Source: Balanoglossus misakiensis
Lineage: Eukaryota; Animalia; Hemichordata
Length of the DNA stretch: 64,000 nt
Reading direction: 5' to 3'
Assembly: GCA_040954595.2 (NCBI GenBank)
Contig: CM082587.2
Span: 961,622-1,025,621, forward strand
Made by a program: the position numbers and the translations under genes. Shown here piece after piece: positions 27,601 to 42,280 of this stretch. The notes under the pieces were generated by a model. It was given only the letters and a program-made list of their open reading frames with translations, had not been told where the DNA came from and made no database searches. Each line of letters opens with the position of its first letter. Position 1 is the first letter of the stretch.

Positions 27601-30600
27601 CACTATCACAAGCCCTAATGTAGTTGCTATTGGAAACAGGTCAATACGTAGGACCTTCATGTACTCTTCGTTCAACCATACACATAGAATTGTACTAGCT
27701 ATGCTCACATTTCAAATTTCTGCTGCGTCATTACTCACCGAAAACTTTTGGCAGACTTCATGAGTCAGCGTGGTTTAATATATTGGTAATCACGTAAAGT
27801 TGATTGTTTCTCTAATAAGCTTATAACAATGCACCAGAAAATTGTACTCTGTATTTGAGTAGAAATGAGTTTCATGGACTTTCAATTGTTTTGTCGAGTT
27901 CTGAAACTAGAAACGTAGAAAAGACTTGTACAATATACATGTAAATTCCTTTCTACGGTAACTAGGTTCATGTTTGTGAGAAAAGGAACACTAAGTTTGG
28001 ATGTAGGGTTTAGCACTAACTATATCGGGCTCACCTACGCACGACTTGGAATTGTGGGTACCTAGACGTATGCACTCAAGACGAGGGAATTCTTGTCCAA
28101 AAACTCAGAGTGCTCGTGGTATTATCCATCTGTTTGCAGTTATTAATCTGTGGAATAAAACGTCTCGTTAAGTACACTCTTGGACTGGGAGCAATTTGGG
28201 GTTATTTACGTCTCAAAAACCTACGCAAATTCCTTAAAGATGACAGCGTATTCTAATTTTGTATTGCTCTGTATCTATTAGGTGTTGGAATTTTGATAAA
28301 ACGGCCATTTTGTTCAATTTAGCGTAACCGAGCCCAGTAAACGAGGTGGTACGATCATTGAGGTAACCAAAACAGCGTTATTTAAAGAGGCGAAATAGTT
28401 TTAGTGTGAGAAACGAAGATAAAACTGTCATATTTGGTCATATTCGAGCTATTTCGTGGCTTCGAGTTTTTCCAGCAGTAACGCGGGTGGGATCTATAAA
28501 AGCCGATACCGTGTGAACCATTTTATGGTCTCTTCAGTTCTTAGTGGACAAGTGTCATCGCCTGATGTCGCCAAAAACATGGCAACGATCTGTTTTTCAT
28601 GGTGTGTGTGAAATCCCGCGACGACAACCGAGGTCTCGGATAGAAAGCTGTCGGAAATCGATATTTTCCGACAGACGCGTGCATGTGTTTTGGTGTCCAG
28701 TGTACATTTGATGCTTTCGAGATTTTGTGTCTTTAGATAACATCGTTGGCACTGTATGTTCCTCTCCAAAGTCAGTGCATTTCGTTCAGAGTCAAAAATT
28801 CTGCAAAATGTACATCGTGATATTCGATTCGCGATGTATTGTTACTGTTTTCAAAATGCACAATCCCTTGTATCTTTGATATAACTATGCCGGTTGCTAG
28901 GACACCCCACAATATTTGAGTACAGTGTCAAAAACCGTCACCCCTTTAAAAGCCCAATTAACCTAATTTATTCAGGAAATTCCTTCGTGTCTTGCCATGG
29001 ATTGTCCGTCTAATGAATTTTCAAAAGCAAAAAAAAGAAGTATAGGATTTTTAGCGTGACTTTCTCAACTAGTACACGACAATGAATACTACACTTCAGG
29101 CGTCATCCTATCAGAGTTTAAACCTTCAAATTCCATACTCACAGGTTAAGGTTCTTCGCATGATAGTAAAATCGTTTCAACCAACGTGCTTTTCATTTAC
29201 TTATGCACGTAAATATTCACTTTGATTTCATCGCGCCAGACCTAAAAATTTATATTTCCGGAGGAACATTTATACATCGAGTGCCAACCCCGGGACGAAT
29301 TTTCTTACTATACCCATGTCAAGTTTGTGGTCGCACGATCCCCTGATAGACAACAATGAACACTTCAGTGTCACCATTATTTTCCGACAACAAAGACGCA
29401 TATTTTCTTTTGTGAATCGAGAATGTGTCTACCGTTGGAATTCCGAATATTTGCAGGTATTTTTATCGTTCGTTGCCTTGAATAAATGAATTGTCATCGT
29501 TCGTCTGGCTCAAACACTGGATAAGGACGCGGGCACGTGGAGACACTACAAATAACCTCATTATCCCATCCTGGTCCCTATTCAACATTCAATTCGGTGT
29601 GAGACGAAGGGCTTGAATGTTAGAGCTTCAAATGAATTGGAATAAAACGAATAATGCGATTAATTATCCGGTTAAATAGACGAGAACACCAGCCAAATGA
29701 CCCCTTTCTGAGAGCTTATGTACTTTGATTTGATTCAACGCAGCAAGTTTTGTTACCGTAAACTTTTCCACTCTTGCCTGTAATATGAATTTACGGGCTT
29801 CTGCAGTAACATCGGATAAGACCATATTACAAATACGGTAGAATAACAACTGCGTCCAGTAAATTATATAGTTTAGAATATAAACGACAGTTATACTTTC
29901 GGCGATATTAAAAAAATCAGAAAAATGCATCAAGATCCGTCCTGTGAAAATGTTGCACTTCTTGTGCTAAATCTAGGTTTTTGTCTAAACAACAGAAATT
30001 AGGGGACACCGCCCAACAAGAGACAATTGATGGTTTACGCCCTGGATTAGTCGGGCTCTTGATCCGAAGGGATTAGTGACCAAGGTATAGGACAGTTACA
30101 GTAACTGTTTTTAAGATTTGTAAAACAAAATGGGTGGCACGCCTTTTACGCATTTCCTTTACTATTTTACGTCAAGAATTAAAATCCGGTGATTACGTGA
30201 CATCAGAGAGAGATTTACACAATTGTCTTTAGAGGCTGGTACATGTACTAAGACTTTATAAATTCCAGCACAGTAGGTATATGGTTGAACAGATTGGTAA
30301 AGATGGGCCCTGAACGAGGCTGGAGAAGATGTCACTCACTCCGCTGACTGAAAGTTGATCAGCCTCGATCGCGACCGCAATCTGTTAGCTCTCACCGACT
30401 AATCTCTTAACGACCATTGGAATTCCGCCTCCTGCTATTTATATCTGAATGGCGTGTTTGTTTGTGGGAACGATACGAGAGTTCCAATTCTACTCGAATC
30501 TGTAGGAGTTACACGTAAAGATTTTTATACACTTTTACTCTCATCATGTATCCAAAACGACAACAGGGCAATTTGTTGGAAGGACTAAAACGCCAAAGAT

Positions 30601-31843
30601 TCAATGTGATACAGTCGACGATATATATAATCTTAGGAATCGATCGATTTATATCTTAGTCTCCATCTATATCTAAGTCTCCGACGACAAGCGATTCTTT
30701 AACTCAAATTCAACATTCTTGGAGATGAAGAGCTAGACTTATTTGAAATGTCAGACATTTTAAGAACGCTGGAGGGAGAGTGTTGTAAGTTCAAATTCAG
30801 CCATGGTTGACCGATTATTGGCCATCTGCTAATAATTTTCATAAACTATTGAAATTTTACCACAACAATCATTATGATAACAACTCTGGCAAGGGTTATT
30901 CTGGTGATATGTGCGTGTCATGTCGATCTTTCTAAATCGTATTAAAACACGGTTAAAAAAATCATTACTCTTAAAACTTTATGTGTCGTAATGAGTATCG
31001 TTTCGCCTAAATATGAATCGATTGCATCTCAGAGTTTTTGGTCATTTCTTCTTTGGGAACCGCTTTCGCCTCAAGCACTGTGCTTCACCAAATCTGAAAT
31101 TGTTGGGTCGTGCATAACTGATTTGACGTTCATGTAAACACATTAACTATTACGTCGCCGAAGATGAAATTGGTAATTGTGATAATTAAGAGCCGTTGAT
31201 GCGTTAAATACTTTGTCTAGCGAAATTGTGTTTTTCATCCTTAATTTTGTGTTTATTTTTATTTTTGCTATACTTGGAGGAACTTCAATTAATATTCAAA
31301 AACTCATCCAAATTGTGAAAAAAAATTAGACGCGCAAGGAATATGATCATGTACAGCAAGTCACTCTGGGCGTGATGCCATCACTGGTGTGATCTAAATG
31401 CACTTTTGTAGAAAAAGTTCAAGAAGTTGATAAGCCGTTTGAACAGTACTTCTCTCGCCATACACAGGAAGTCCAACGCCTTTAAAACGATAATTCCAAC
31501 CCCCGTTCTCCCATTGGCAATCGCTTTATACATTATACCTCTCAATAATGCCAGGCATTATCGTCGATAGTAATCTATGGAAACATTTTGACCCGTGTGC
31601 TCTTGTGTGCTACTTACAAGTTTACAAGGACACGGGGTGTACCCCCGTACAGCCGCCGACAAAGAAAAAAAGGGCAGGAAATCTCAGCTTCCCTTTTCTC
31701 AACCATATATTACCCGCGAGTGGCGTATGAGGTATGCTGTCACAGCCCAGCCAACCACTGCCACAGATGCTGACAAGCCAAAGTGGACCCATTATGTAAT
31801 TAAGCGTTAAGGTACTGCCAGAATAGACCCAACAATAGGCTCT

Positions 31844-31863
31844 CCAATACAGACCCTATAAAA
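31844..31863 (+). promoter_or_regulatory. Putative CCAAT plus TATA core promoter of the ADAMTSL2-like gene
   Basis: CCAAT 31844-31848 and TATAAAA 31857-31863, about 110 bp upstream of the GCCATGG start at 31972. Confidence 0.4.
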
Positions 31864-31971
31864 GCCTTCAAAATGACACTCAAGGGACTCCCTGTCTAAC
31901 AGTGGCACAGCTCGCCTACGGAAGTACGTGTATTTACTGAATAACTTTTTGTAAGTCTCTTCTATCTCGCC

Positions 31972-34900
31972 ATGGAGCGCTGGTCGTTTCTCGGCTTCTA
32001 TGGGCTGCTGAGTCTGTTTATGATCGACGAGGCCTTCGGACAACCTCGACTCCAATCCAGCCAAGACATCGGGACATCGGTGAGTATAGAAGCATATGGT
32101 AGAAGGTATCCCACATTCTCACCCATTCACTGCAGACCAGTTTTACTGTACACGTTTACAGAATCCCAAAGCTGTTTTATTCATTGTGATTTTCAACGGA
32201 AGCGACGGTGTTGTTTTTCGGGTCCGTGGGTGTACATGTGGAACCACTTCATCTACAAGTCGCCCTTCTGCTTTTAAACACGGTTGGGTAATTCTGTCTA
32301 AAAATTTGACCAGAAGCAATCCAAGTCTCAGCGGGTCTTCAGTTGACAGGCGTTCTTGACAACAGACGTGTCCTCGCTCGGCCCTACTTAAGTTCAGTAG
32401 GACTCCTTTTACATGTTAAAAGGCTACGACCACTTCTGGAATCATTTCATTCAGGCCAAACGCTCCTTCTTCGCCACAGGGTATAGGCCTGTGTTGTCGG
32501 TCGCGACTTTCAACACTAGGTTAACTTGTGAGACACTGGAACCACGCGAGACAGGAGTCGAGAATTTACGGTCTTGTTGAAAAAACCTTACGATTGTAAC
32601 CCTAACCTTTACCGAGTACATCACTTGTTGCAATAAATCATACAGGACTAGGAGGTAAATTTACTGGGGCGAAAGTGATCTATCGTTGCAGTGCTAATGA
32701 TACCTATTGCGTCCTTTGCAACGTTTTCCAAAGCGGGCAAGCTCTGTCCCTTCAATTTAAGTTGAAAACCTTCACAGATGTTCACAATTACTGGCGACCT
32801 ACGCAACTCTTAGGAAGTGTAGATAATTTGTAGGTGCAAAAAGATGATTCTTCCCATACACGTGAAAAATTGACCCCGCATCTATTTGATCCCGTATTGA
32901 TCGCACCCCCGCAGCCAACTTCTTTCTTCACGTCGCACCAGTGTTTCCACGGTCGACGGGTTTTTATATTAATTCTGCGTGAATGGGGATACTACGAATC
33001 ATGCAAGAAGTCATGTGAAACCATGCACCAGGGTTCATATCAAACTGTCAGACCGCGTCGTGAACATTCTGCAGAGAAATCAGGATAGACTCCCGCCAGC
33101 TTTGGAATCGAGAACTCTGCGTGTTTCGCTTGGTTTTCACAGTGTCAGATTTCCAAACTCGCCAAACCGTTCCACTTTCGCGATGAACTTCCAGACTCAA
33201 ATCTAGTACTGGTTGCCTAAAAGACTTAATAAAGACAGTTATGATGTAATTGTGACGTAATCAAACTTTAATTCCGGCATTTTAATTCTAGTACGGTAAC
33301 TCAAACGGCCGATGAATCCCCAGCGGCTTTCGTGAACTGAAGAGATATTTATACCGAATCCCAACGTTTGTGTCAGGAACTGTCCTTTTTTGTTTGGAAT
33401 GGACTCAGTAGTCTGTTGAAAACCAGTCATTCATCGAAATTCTTTGAAATCCACTGAATGGCCGAATCGCTGACACACTTCGGTCGCTGTCGCTCTAGCT
33501 ATACGCGACTCAATACAATTGACTTTTCCCCTGGTGTTTGCCAAATTGTGTGAATTTCGTCGCTTATATGCTCTCTTCTCGGAAGAAAAAAATCCCACGT
33601 TAGATTGTTTTCTATAAATAACCGCAAATTAGCATCAATTAGGTATGTCATTAAGCGCTGATTAAAAGTCAATTAGACGTGACGGTATATTTCCGCTCGC
33701 CCTCAGGACGTCCCCCATTGCCTGCCGTGTGTTCCCATTGTGAGAATTAAGTGTTGTAATCGAATCAACATACTCAAAAATCAGCTTTGATATCGGCGAA
33801 AAAGTCTGTTTGAGAGAGAAGGAGATATTTTAGGTATAATTATCTCTACCAGTCACATATACTGATTGCTTACGGGGTATATGAAGTTGGCGTACACGTA
33901 AGTGATATCAAAAACCGACCACTGCTTTGTGCATAGGCCTCTATCTCTTCGTGCAGTTTCAACCCGTCGTCTCATTACGTATGTTGTTATAACCTCATCA
34001 AGCGTCAAAAAACATTTGGAAAGTGCACTAACAACCGTCCAGACCACCAGCATTGTCAAAATAGCCTGCATGGAACGTTATTTGAGCAATCACATAGAAG
34101 ATCTAGAAACGATCTCGTTTCATATTTTCGATGTTCGTTCGCGGTTGGACTTCTGTAAGGGTATGTTGTATAATCGCTGATCTTCATCTTGTTATCTTCT
34201 CAGGGTAATGAGTATCACTGGAGTCCATGGACCGGCTGGGCTGGGTGTACGCGTCCGTGTGATGCCGGAGCTCTTAGACAACGCACTTGTCTGAAGCATG
34301 GGTAAGTTATTTTCCTACATCCCTACTACATTCATTCATTCATTCATTCATTCATTCATTCATTCATTCATTCATTCATTCATTCATTCATTCATTCATT
34401 CATTCATTCATTCATTCATTCATATGGTATACACACACTCACACTTGAACGTTAGCCCTTCGTGTATATAACAAGTCTGTGGACATGACCCCAAACACAT
34501 TTCCTTTGTTTATTGTTGTACAGGACTTTTTCGGCGGTACCGAATGACCTTTGTGAAGGTCAGAATAAGGAATACAGAGCTTGCAATACAAGGGTGAGTT
34601 GAAAGTTAATTTAATTTCACAGACACGGCTTTTATTGGAGCAGGTTTTATTGTACACAGACAGTTGTTACATGAACGTCAACGTTGATTAAAATCGACTC
34701 GGAGTAAGACGTACATCCAAGTTGATTAAAATGTGTGATAATTAAACGTGACCCACTTTCGCCCGCCCAGCTTCCAATAAATGCAACATTAGTAGACCAC
34801 TTTCATAATTTACGACGTGGATCCTGTCTGTAGATCATGATGTAACAAGAGACAGTTGTCATTTTATTTTTAAGGTCAATGGTTTGACGCAGTGTCCTGC

Positions 34901-37900
34901 TCGACCATGAATGTATAACCTTGAATCTTGAATTGTCGCTATTTGAATGAGAAAGATCCTTTCTACTTGAATAAGAAGGGCAATATATGTTCAGTACAAG
35001 GTCAAACTGTCAAGAAACTCATCTTACCAATGCTAAATGTTCTTGTCTCTCTTTGTAGCCCTGTACCACGAGAATGTTGGAAGGTTTTCGAGCCAGGCAG
35101 TGTTCGTTCTTCGATAGGGATATAAAGTACAACGGTGAGACATACCAGTGGAAACCATACTATGCAAAAGAAGGTAAAGAGTGCATCGAAATTGTCTTTT
35201 AAAAGGCAGAAATTAACTTAGATCAAAGCAATATATACATTTAAAAGTGAGGATACGACTCTTAAAATCTTGGGATTAAAAGGCAGCCAATCTAGGTGAC
35301 ATGATCAAAACCAGGGCGATGTGCTCGGGTGATTTTAGACCGAGTTACATTTCTGGCGGCTATAATACTTTAAATACTTGTTGTTTGTTGGAGCCATGAA
35401 ACAGGAAGAGCTCTCGACCACGTATTCGTATAATCGAAGGTAAATGCCCGAATAAAAACGCGTGACGGGGCTTCAAAACAATCCCAGGTGAACGACCGCG
35501 ACGTGATTATACAAACATCTTCCCATGGGAATATTCTAGCCCTCTGATTGGCTTAAAGTAGAGCCTCGGTTTCATACTGGTAAGCGCCACATTGGAATCA
35601 AACACAAGAGCAAAGTACATGTACGGGACCGAGTGTTTTTTTATGTGTTAGTTACACGAAACTCTAAGGCAAGTAAGTCAGTATGTATGAAGTATGTTGT
35701 GCACAGATATATTACCGAACGGCTGACGCGAATGTCGGACTTTTCGACTCACCAATGTGGGCGGTACAAACGCATCTCGTAGACCGTGGCAGTAGACTGC
35801 CACAGTCTTGTGTAGACTGCACTCGAAGGCTTGCAGCCCCTCCTAGCAACGTGGGCAAAGGGTACGTGGTACTTTCGTGCTCGTGTGACCCCAAATGGAC
35901 AACATTTTGACCCATTGTAGACCATTTTGAAACTAAATTTATTGTAGACCATTTTGAAACTTAAATTATTTTATTTTAGAGTGTTTTCAGAGGCACACGC
36001 TCTCGGGGACACGCCCCTTCACTGGCCCTTGTTGATACACGTGTTTGCTGATGTTAGTTGCATCGTCACAAGGTCAAACCTATAGATAGTACATATACTG
36101 TTGATTCTTTACAGATTCTGCAATATTGCTTCTCATTTGCATCTTGGAATGATGTTTAACTGTTTCAGATGATGATTATAATCCGTGCTCACTGGAATGC
36201 TATGCAGAGGAGGATCCAACATTAGCGATTTCTTTCCCATCATCAGTACTTGAGGGAACGCCATGTGAGGCTAGGCATCACAAAGACAAGGCAATCTGTG
36301 TGTCTGGGAAATGCGAGGCAAGTTATACATGCAGTGCAATATTGTTAACAATATATGTTTGGCAAAGCATCACCGGGTAGTACATTAGTAGATTTCTGCA
36401 CAAGTATAATAGAACGTTCATTTTCGATATAGTTGCCTAACACCTTATATATTGGAGTTAACGTACATAGCTTTTGGTAACATTTATCAAGAAAAACGAA
36501 CATCGAAAAAAGGGTCAGAAAATAGTTGGTTGTCACTTTAGATATTTACTTGTATTTTTCTACTCCCAGTCTATAGGTTGTGATGGCAAGTTATATTCCA
36601 CAGCCACTGTAGACCAATGTGGGGTGTGTGGTGGAAATGGCACAACGTGTAGAACTGTCAGAAATAATTTCAACCAGTTCAACATATCAAAAGGTAAGCC
36701 TTGCCTTCAGATAGTGATCCTTGTTCTTTTGGTAAACCTCCAATGTTACATACAATCTTTCAGCCAGAATGGCATCAACGAGGGGTTGTCCCTTTTGCCA
36801 AAAAAATATTTTACATCTATCAATGTATGCCACAATATAATCTGGAAATAGGGATTTAACTTGCCTGTATTATTTTATTCCATTCAGGTTATACTGAAAT
36901 TGTTAAAATACCAAGAGGTTCTGTGCACATTAGGATAGTTGAAAAAGATAGAAACGACCAAACCTTCCTAGGTGAGTAAACACATCAACATTTTTCTTGA
37001 ACATCTATGGACACATGAAGCTTACTCTTCTCAGATGTTCACCTCATTAAAAGATGCTCACTTTTCAGGATTATCAACATCACCATACAGTCAATAGTGT
37101 GGCTCAATTGAAGTATTTTGTAGTACTCTTCCAGTAGTGTTTGAAATGCTCAGTATTCAGCTTTTCCACGGATTCTGTGTTTTGATACAAAATTTATTTT
37201 CCTCAGCACTGAAAAGTGGTGGAGCTGATGGTCACTATTACATCAACGGACACAGGCACATCGATGCCCCACTGAAGTACGAAATAGCTGGAACTGTCAT
37301 TCATTACAACAGACCAACAGACTACAACAATGAAACAATTGAGAGTTTAACAGCAAGAGGGCCAACAAGTGAACCACTTGTACTTTTGGTAAGTTAATTT
37401 ACCAAATATATATCTAGGGGGTATTTGATGACTTTTAACCCTTTCATCCCCATTTCCTTGTAAAGAGGTCCAATTTTACCAATTTGAACATGCTTTTGTA
37501 TTTTTTTCTTGAAGGTTTTAGCAAGAGAGTCATCTCCTGTTCACATTTTGTATCATTACACCTCTTGGAATCAGCCTGTAACAACCTCACACGTCCTGTC
37601 AGAAAGACCACAGACCAACTTGAACAATCTAGACTGGCTTAGCAAGCATGGGGAGCTACGAGCTGGTGGTAAGTGTTTATTTTAAAGGGCTGGGGCTGTG
37701 TATAAAGTATGGCATTCTTTTTGTTCAGTGGCAGGAGTGTAGTCTCTCCGTGAAGTTATCGGGATGCATTCAGCAATCTGATTAAAATCAGATGTAGAGT
37801 TGATATCTACAGGACTGATTTATTTTTTAATTTTACTTCAAAGATTTTGCCGACTTGTATGGTGGAGAGGGAGAAATGCGTGAGATCCTGGAATCCGACT

Positions 37901-40511
37901 TGAACTTGAGCGAGTCCCTGGTTCAGCTGAAGGTGCATTCCACAGTCGGACCACTTCCGGAAATGAAGGAAATGAGTTCCACGAAACGAGACGGACCGAA
38001 ACGGGATCAAGACAAGGCTGAAGAGGAAGATGGAGATTTCGGTTTTGATGTCGATGAGTTATATATCGGAGTCAACGAATCTGAGATTGATATGAAATTC
38101 TTGCCAGCGTACAGTTATTATTGGGAGGCTACGATTGCCCCTTGTAGTGCGACCTGTTCCCCAGGTTAGTCAGTTTCTAAGAAATTATTCTTATACATGT
38201 ATACTATATATATTCTGTCATCCAGATTGATTCAGAATATTTTTTTTAATCGATTATATTTGTTGAATTAACTGTATATGATGAACTATTGTGTTCTCTC
38301 TGATTACACCCAGGTTTGTCTGTCACCTATGCAAGATGTCTACGGAATAACGGAGAAGTGGTACATGAGTCGGAGTGTGATACGGCCACAAGACCTGAAC
38401 CCAAGTTTAGTAAAAGCTGTCGGGGAATGCCATGCGATGCCAGGTGAGCGTGTGTGAATTGTTTTCTATGGTACTGTAAGTCTCGACCTCTAAAGAGGGA
38501 ACTGGGGGTGTAAGGTTTAAAGTCTCCAGACTTGGCAAATATCATTTTAAGCCAACGAACACCACATATAATTTGACATGTTGTTTTTGCAGATGGGTGG
38601 CCAGTAAATGGAGCCAATGTTCAGTGACATGTGGGAAGGGAGTTCAGTACAGATCTGTTCGTTGCTGGCGGATGCTTGCAGAGGGTCTGGACAGCTCTGT
38701 GTCGCACTTGCAGTGTGATGAAAGCAATAAACCGTCGAACACACAGCCCTGTGAGACGCCCGAGTGTGGGCCACTCTGGGAGACGTCAGAATGGAGTGAG
38801 GTAAGTAACATTGTTTCTTATTTCAAATACTAGTATACATCCAGAAGTACATTTGTATCATACTGTAGACTCTCTCACAGCCCTGAATGTGTGTGCCCTC
38901 AATGGTCGAGTGAAACTTCGCCTTCGAGTCTTGCCTATAGTACTCTTACCAATTAATGGCAAGACGTTTACAGATGAAGAGTTTGTGAAAATACAGGGTT
39001 GGATATTTCTCAAGATGATGGTGTTTTCCCTTGAAATGGTGAAAAAAAGAGAAATTCTTAAAACATTGTGTGTTTGATTTAGTGTTCCAGGCAGTGTGGT
39101 CCAGGTATACGTGAGCGCCAAGTGAGATGTTCTCTGCCAGACAACAACTGCAAACTTGACTCCAAGCCTGCAGAAGAAGAATCCTGTTTCGGCAGATGCC
39201 AAGCTGTCTGGGGCAGGTCAAAATGGAGTGAGGTAAACTTTCTCAATCATTGTCATATTTTATTCTTGGCAAAATATAAATGAATTGAGTTTTCAGCTGT
39301 TGTTCTTGGACACAACAAAATCCATCAACTCGGATACAAGGTAGGTTGTATTTTTGACAATCACGTTGCTTCTATACCTTTAAATTATATTTTTCTGCTT
39401 TTATTTGACAGTGTACCAAACCATGTGATACAAAACGGCGAGATTTGCATTGTTTGAATAAAAACACAGGTGGATTGGTCGGACCAGATCAATGCGATTC
39501 CCATCAGAGGCCGCTCTCAATACATCCATGCTCCAACGAGTGTGATCCTATGTGGATACCGCAACCATGGCAACAGGTGAGTTATAAGCAGAATTTGTCA
39601 AAATTGTTATTTTTTTCCTACTGAAATTGAAAGAACTGGTTATCTGTCTAGCTTTATCATGATAGTTGTCTCTGTGTAATGATAAACATTCCTATGTCAA
39701 TCCCATAGTGTACGATGGCCTGCACGAAGAACAGGCGTGTTCTCTGTGTAGAATCTGTACAAGGGGAGAGTGTTGTGGAAAGCCAGTCATGTGACGAAAG
39801 CAGCAAACCCGAAGAAACGACAACTTGCAGTGAAGGAGTTTGTGGAATGAAACCGCAATGGTTCAGTACTCAGTGGTCTCAGGTGAGATATAATTTTGAA
39901 ACAACAAGTTTTGAAGTATATAACTTAATTGAAGATGATCAACAAAAAGAAGTGCAACTGTACATATGTAAGATTTATTTCCTGAACAGACAGGAATCCA
40001 ATATTAGAACTTGAGCGAGCTCGGTTTTTCATTCATTTAACTCCTTAATTTCACAGTGCTCTAAAAGTTGCGGTAAAGGAGTTCGCACTCGAGAAACAAC
40101 GTGCTACTTAAATGACCAGCCTGCCACTGGTTGTAGGAGAGGTACAAAGCCTCAGACAGTTGAAGAGTGCGTTGAAGCTGCTTGTCCGGCAGAAACACCA
40201 GGTAATCTTCACTTTTAGTTGGAAAGGAGGAGGGAGAGATATATATTACGGTGGAATACAGTGAATACGATTTGATGGTATACCAGAACGTTAGTATTTC
40301 CTGTGTATTCCTGTACATCATAGCCATCAGTGACTTATTCTGTTTTATTCTTTTCTCAGAAGATTGCAAAGATGACAATAATACAAAGTGTACCCTCGCT
40401 GTGGGTTTGGATCTCTGCGACCACTGGTACTACAAGAGAGCTTGCTGCAATTCATGTGCTGAACAAGAACGACAAACAAGGGACGTGTCAGATTGGCAAC
40501 TTGGCAGGTAG
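31972..40511 (+). CDS. ADAMTSL2: ADAMTS-like protein 2 orthologue (signal peptide, TSR, Cys-rich, spacer, multiple TSRs, PLAC; no metalloprotease domain); ~17 exons
   Basis: Exons from 31972-32079 (signal peptide) through 34204-34301 ([14 protein letters not shown]), 36570-36692 ([22 protein letters not shown]), spacer exons 36888-37668, TSR exons 38314-40201, to PLAC 40360-40511 ([14 protein letters not shown]). [13 protein letters not shown]...[13 protein letters not shown] closely resembles vertebrate ADAMTSL2 as I recall it (CWKMLSPGFDSSV...CGPQWEMSEWSEC). Confidence 0.85.
34329..34423. repeat. (CATT)23 microsatellite in an ADAMTSL2 intron
   Basis: Perfect tetranucleotide run read directly. 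Confidence 0.97.
35914..35961. repeat. Short tandem duplication, 27-bp period
   Basis: ATTGTAGACCATTTTGAAACT at 35914 and again at 35941. Confidence 0.8.
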
Positions 40512-42185
40512 AAACATTTGCCACTAAAAATCATTGTATACATGCACCTAGACTTTTGCTGAGTTGATGGATTGTGTTACACACATATTATTGTCACTTT
40601 GGAACATATATATCACGCAGATACACCATACGACCACACAGTATTTGTCCTGTCACTATTGACTAGCTGTTCCACACAATATTTCCTCTGTCATCTTCAC
40701 AGACTGTTTACACAACTACAGATATTTATGTACCAATCTACTCACCAGGCAGTGCCTGGCTTTTTCAGTTAGTTTATTTAGTTTCTTTTTTTTTATCAAA
40801 AGACATTTGCTGGAGATTGCTTTCTTTCTTTCTTTGGTTCAACATTTTCATTAGCCTTTTTATTTGTTATCATTCGCTTTAGTTCAAATGTTATGTTATT
40901 TCTTTATTGTCAACTTTGTAAACTTATGTTTTTTTCATTTTTAATCACCAACAGTTATCACTAGCGTATGATGATACATTGTACTTTTAATTTTGACACG
41001 ATTGTTTTGTTTTTTTTGGAATGAATTCGCGTTGGTTACTGTGTAACTTCCTCCAGAAAAAAGTGCATTTTTGACTTCAAACAATCCTCGAAAATCAGTG
41101 GAGAAAATCTTGAAAGGTCCCAGAATTGTGGGTAAATTTGAAGCGTACAAATTCTGATACGATATTTGGGATGAAAGGAATAAATCACATGAATTATGCA
41201 CAGTTTTGTCACATGACAGTTGAACAGTAACAAAAGTTAACTGAATACTTATAATTCTTGAGCATAATAACTGAATATTCATCTCTATGGCAACCATCAG
41301 ATTCTGAGAGGACAGGAACTTGGGAACTGTAACTATTTCCAAATTCATGACAATAGGTGCTTCACCCTGCAGTTTGAATCAGAAATGATTTAGTTTTCGT
41401 CTCAATCCCATTTCAGATTTACTTTGATTGTTTTTATTTACTCCAGAATGCATGTTTCACAGTTTGAAGTTTTTATTTGTTTTCTCTCATTTTAGTTTTT
41501 TATGTATTTTATTTACAATATTTATCATAAAAATTTATGTTCTAGATGTAGATGAGCTGTAACAGCAACCTGTTTTGCATTTATTTTTAATGTGGCAAGC
41601 TAACAAGTTTTCTTCACAAAAACTTTAAATTTACCAGTCATCTTGAATTCTGATGAGGGGGAACTCTATATTTCTCAGAAATGAACTTGTCCCAATCGGT
41701 AAAACAATCCAAAAATATTACAGAAACATATATCTCGACTGACTTAAAAATGTCTTAACTATTTAGTGCTAATTTTTCCACTGCCAAATTTATTAACTGT
41801 ATATTTTCATAATCAATTTTTCTTATATATGTTATCACATTAATAAGTTTTTCTTTCCCCAAATAAGGGCATTTTGTGTGCCTTGTATTTTTAATGCTTA
41901 ATTTGTTCTGTTATCAATAATTTTCAGAACTTGATAATAATAGATTATTATCATTTATATGAGACAAGTGAGTTTTTCATGATTAGATATGCAAATTGTC
42001 ACCTAAGTATCTTGATAATAAATATATATATCAATTCTATATTAGTTATATGAACAGGTTTGTGTTTCCTCACACTATGGTATATTTAGACTCCATATCA
42101 TAAATCATCATAGCCATCTACGGTATTTCCTTTGTTATTTACTTTTTTTATTCTTTTCTATTATACTTTAATGTACGGTACATTT

Positions 42186-42211
42186 ACACACACATCACAC
42201 GCATGCACGCA

Positions 42212-42243
<32 letters not shown>

Positions 42244-42280
42244 TCCCACATCCCCCCCACCCCTCCCCCAGCCCCCCACG
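42186..42280. repeat. Compound (AC)n/(GCAC)n microsatellite followed by a C-rich tract
   Basis: ACACACATCACACGCATGCACGCACGCACGCACGCACGCACGCACACACACAC then CCCCCCACCCCTCCCCCAGCCCCCCA. Confidence 0.85.

Noticed and set aside
28230-28950. Possible TTAA-flanked DNA transposon remnant
   Set aside because: Composition and TTAAAG...CTTTAA ends are suggestive, but I could not match convincing terminal inverted repeats and there is no transposase ORF.
37435-37485. TTAACCCTTTCA... piggyBac-like MITE end in an ADAMTSL2 intron
   Set aside because: Only one end is visible, with no partner inverted repeat nearby.
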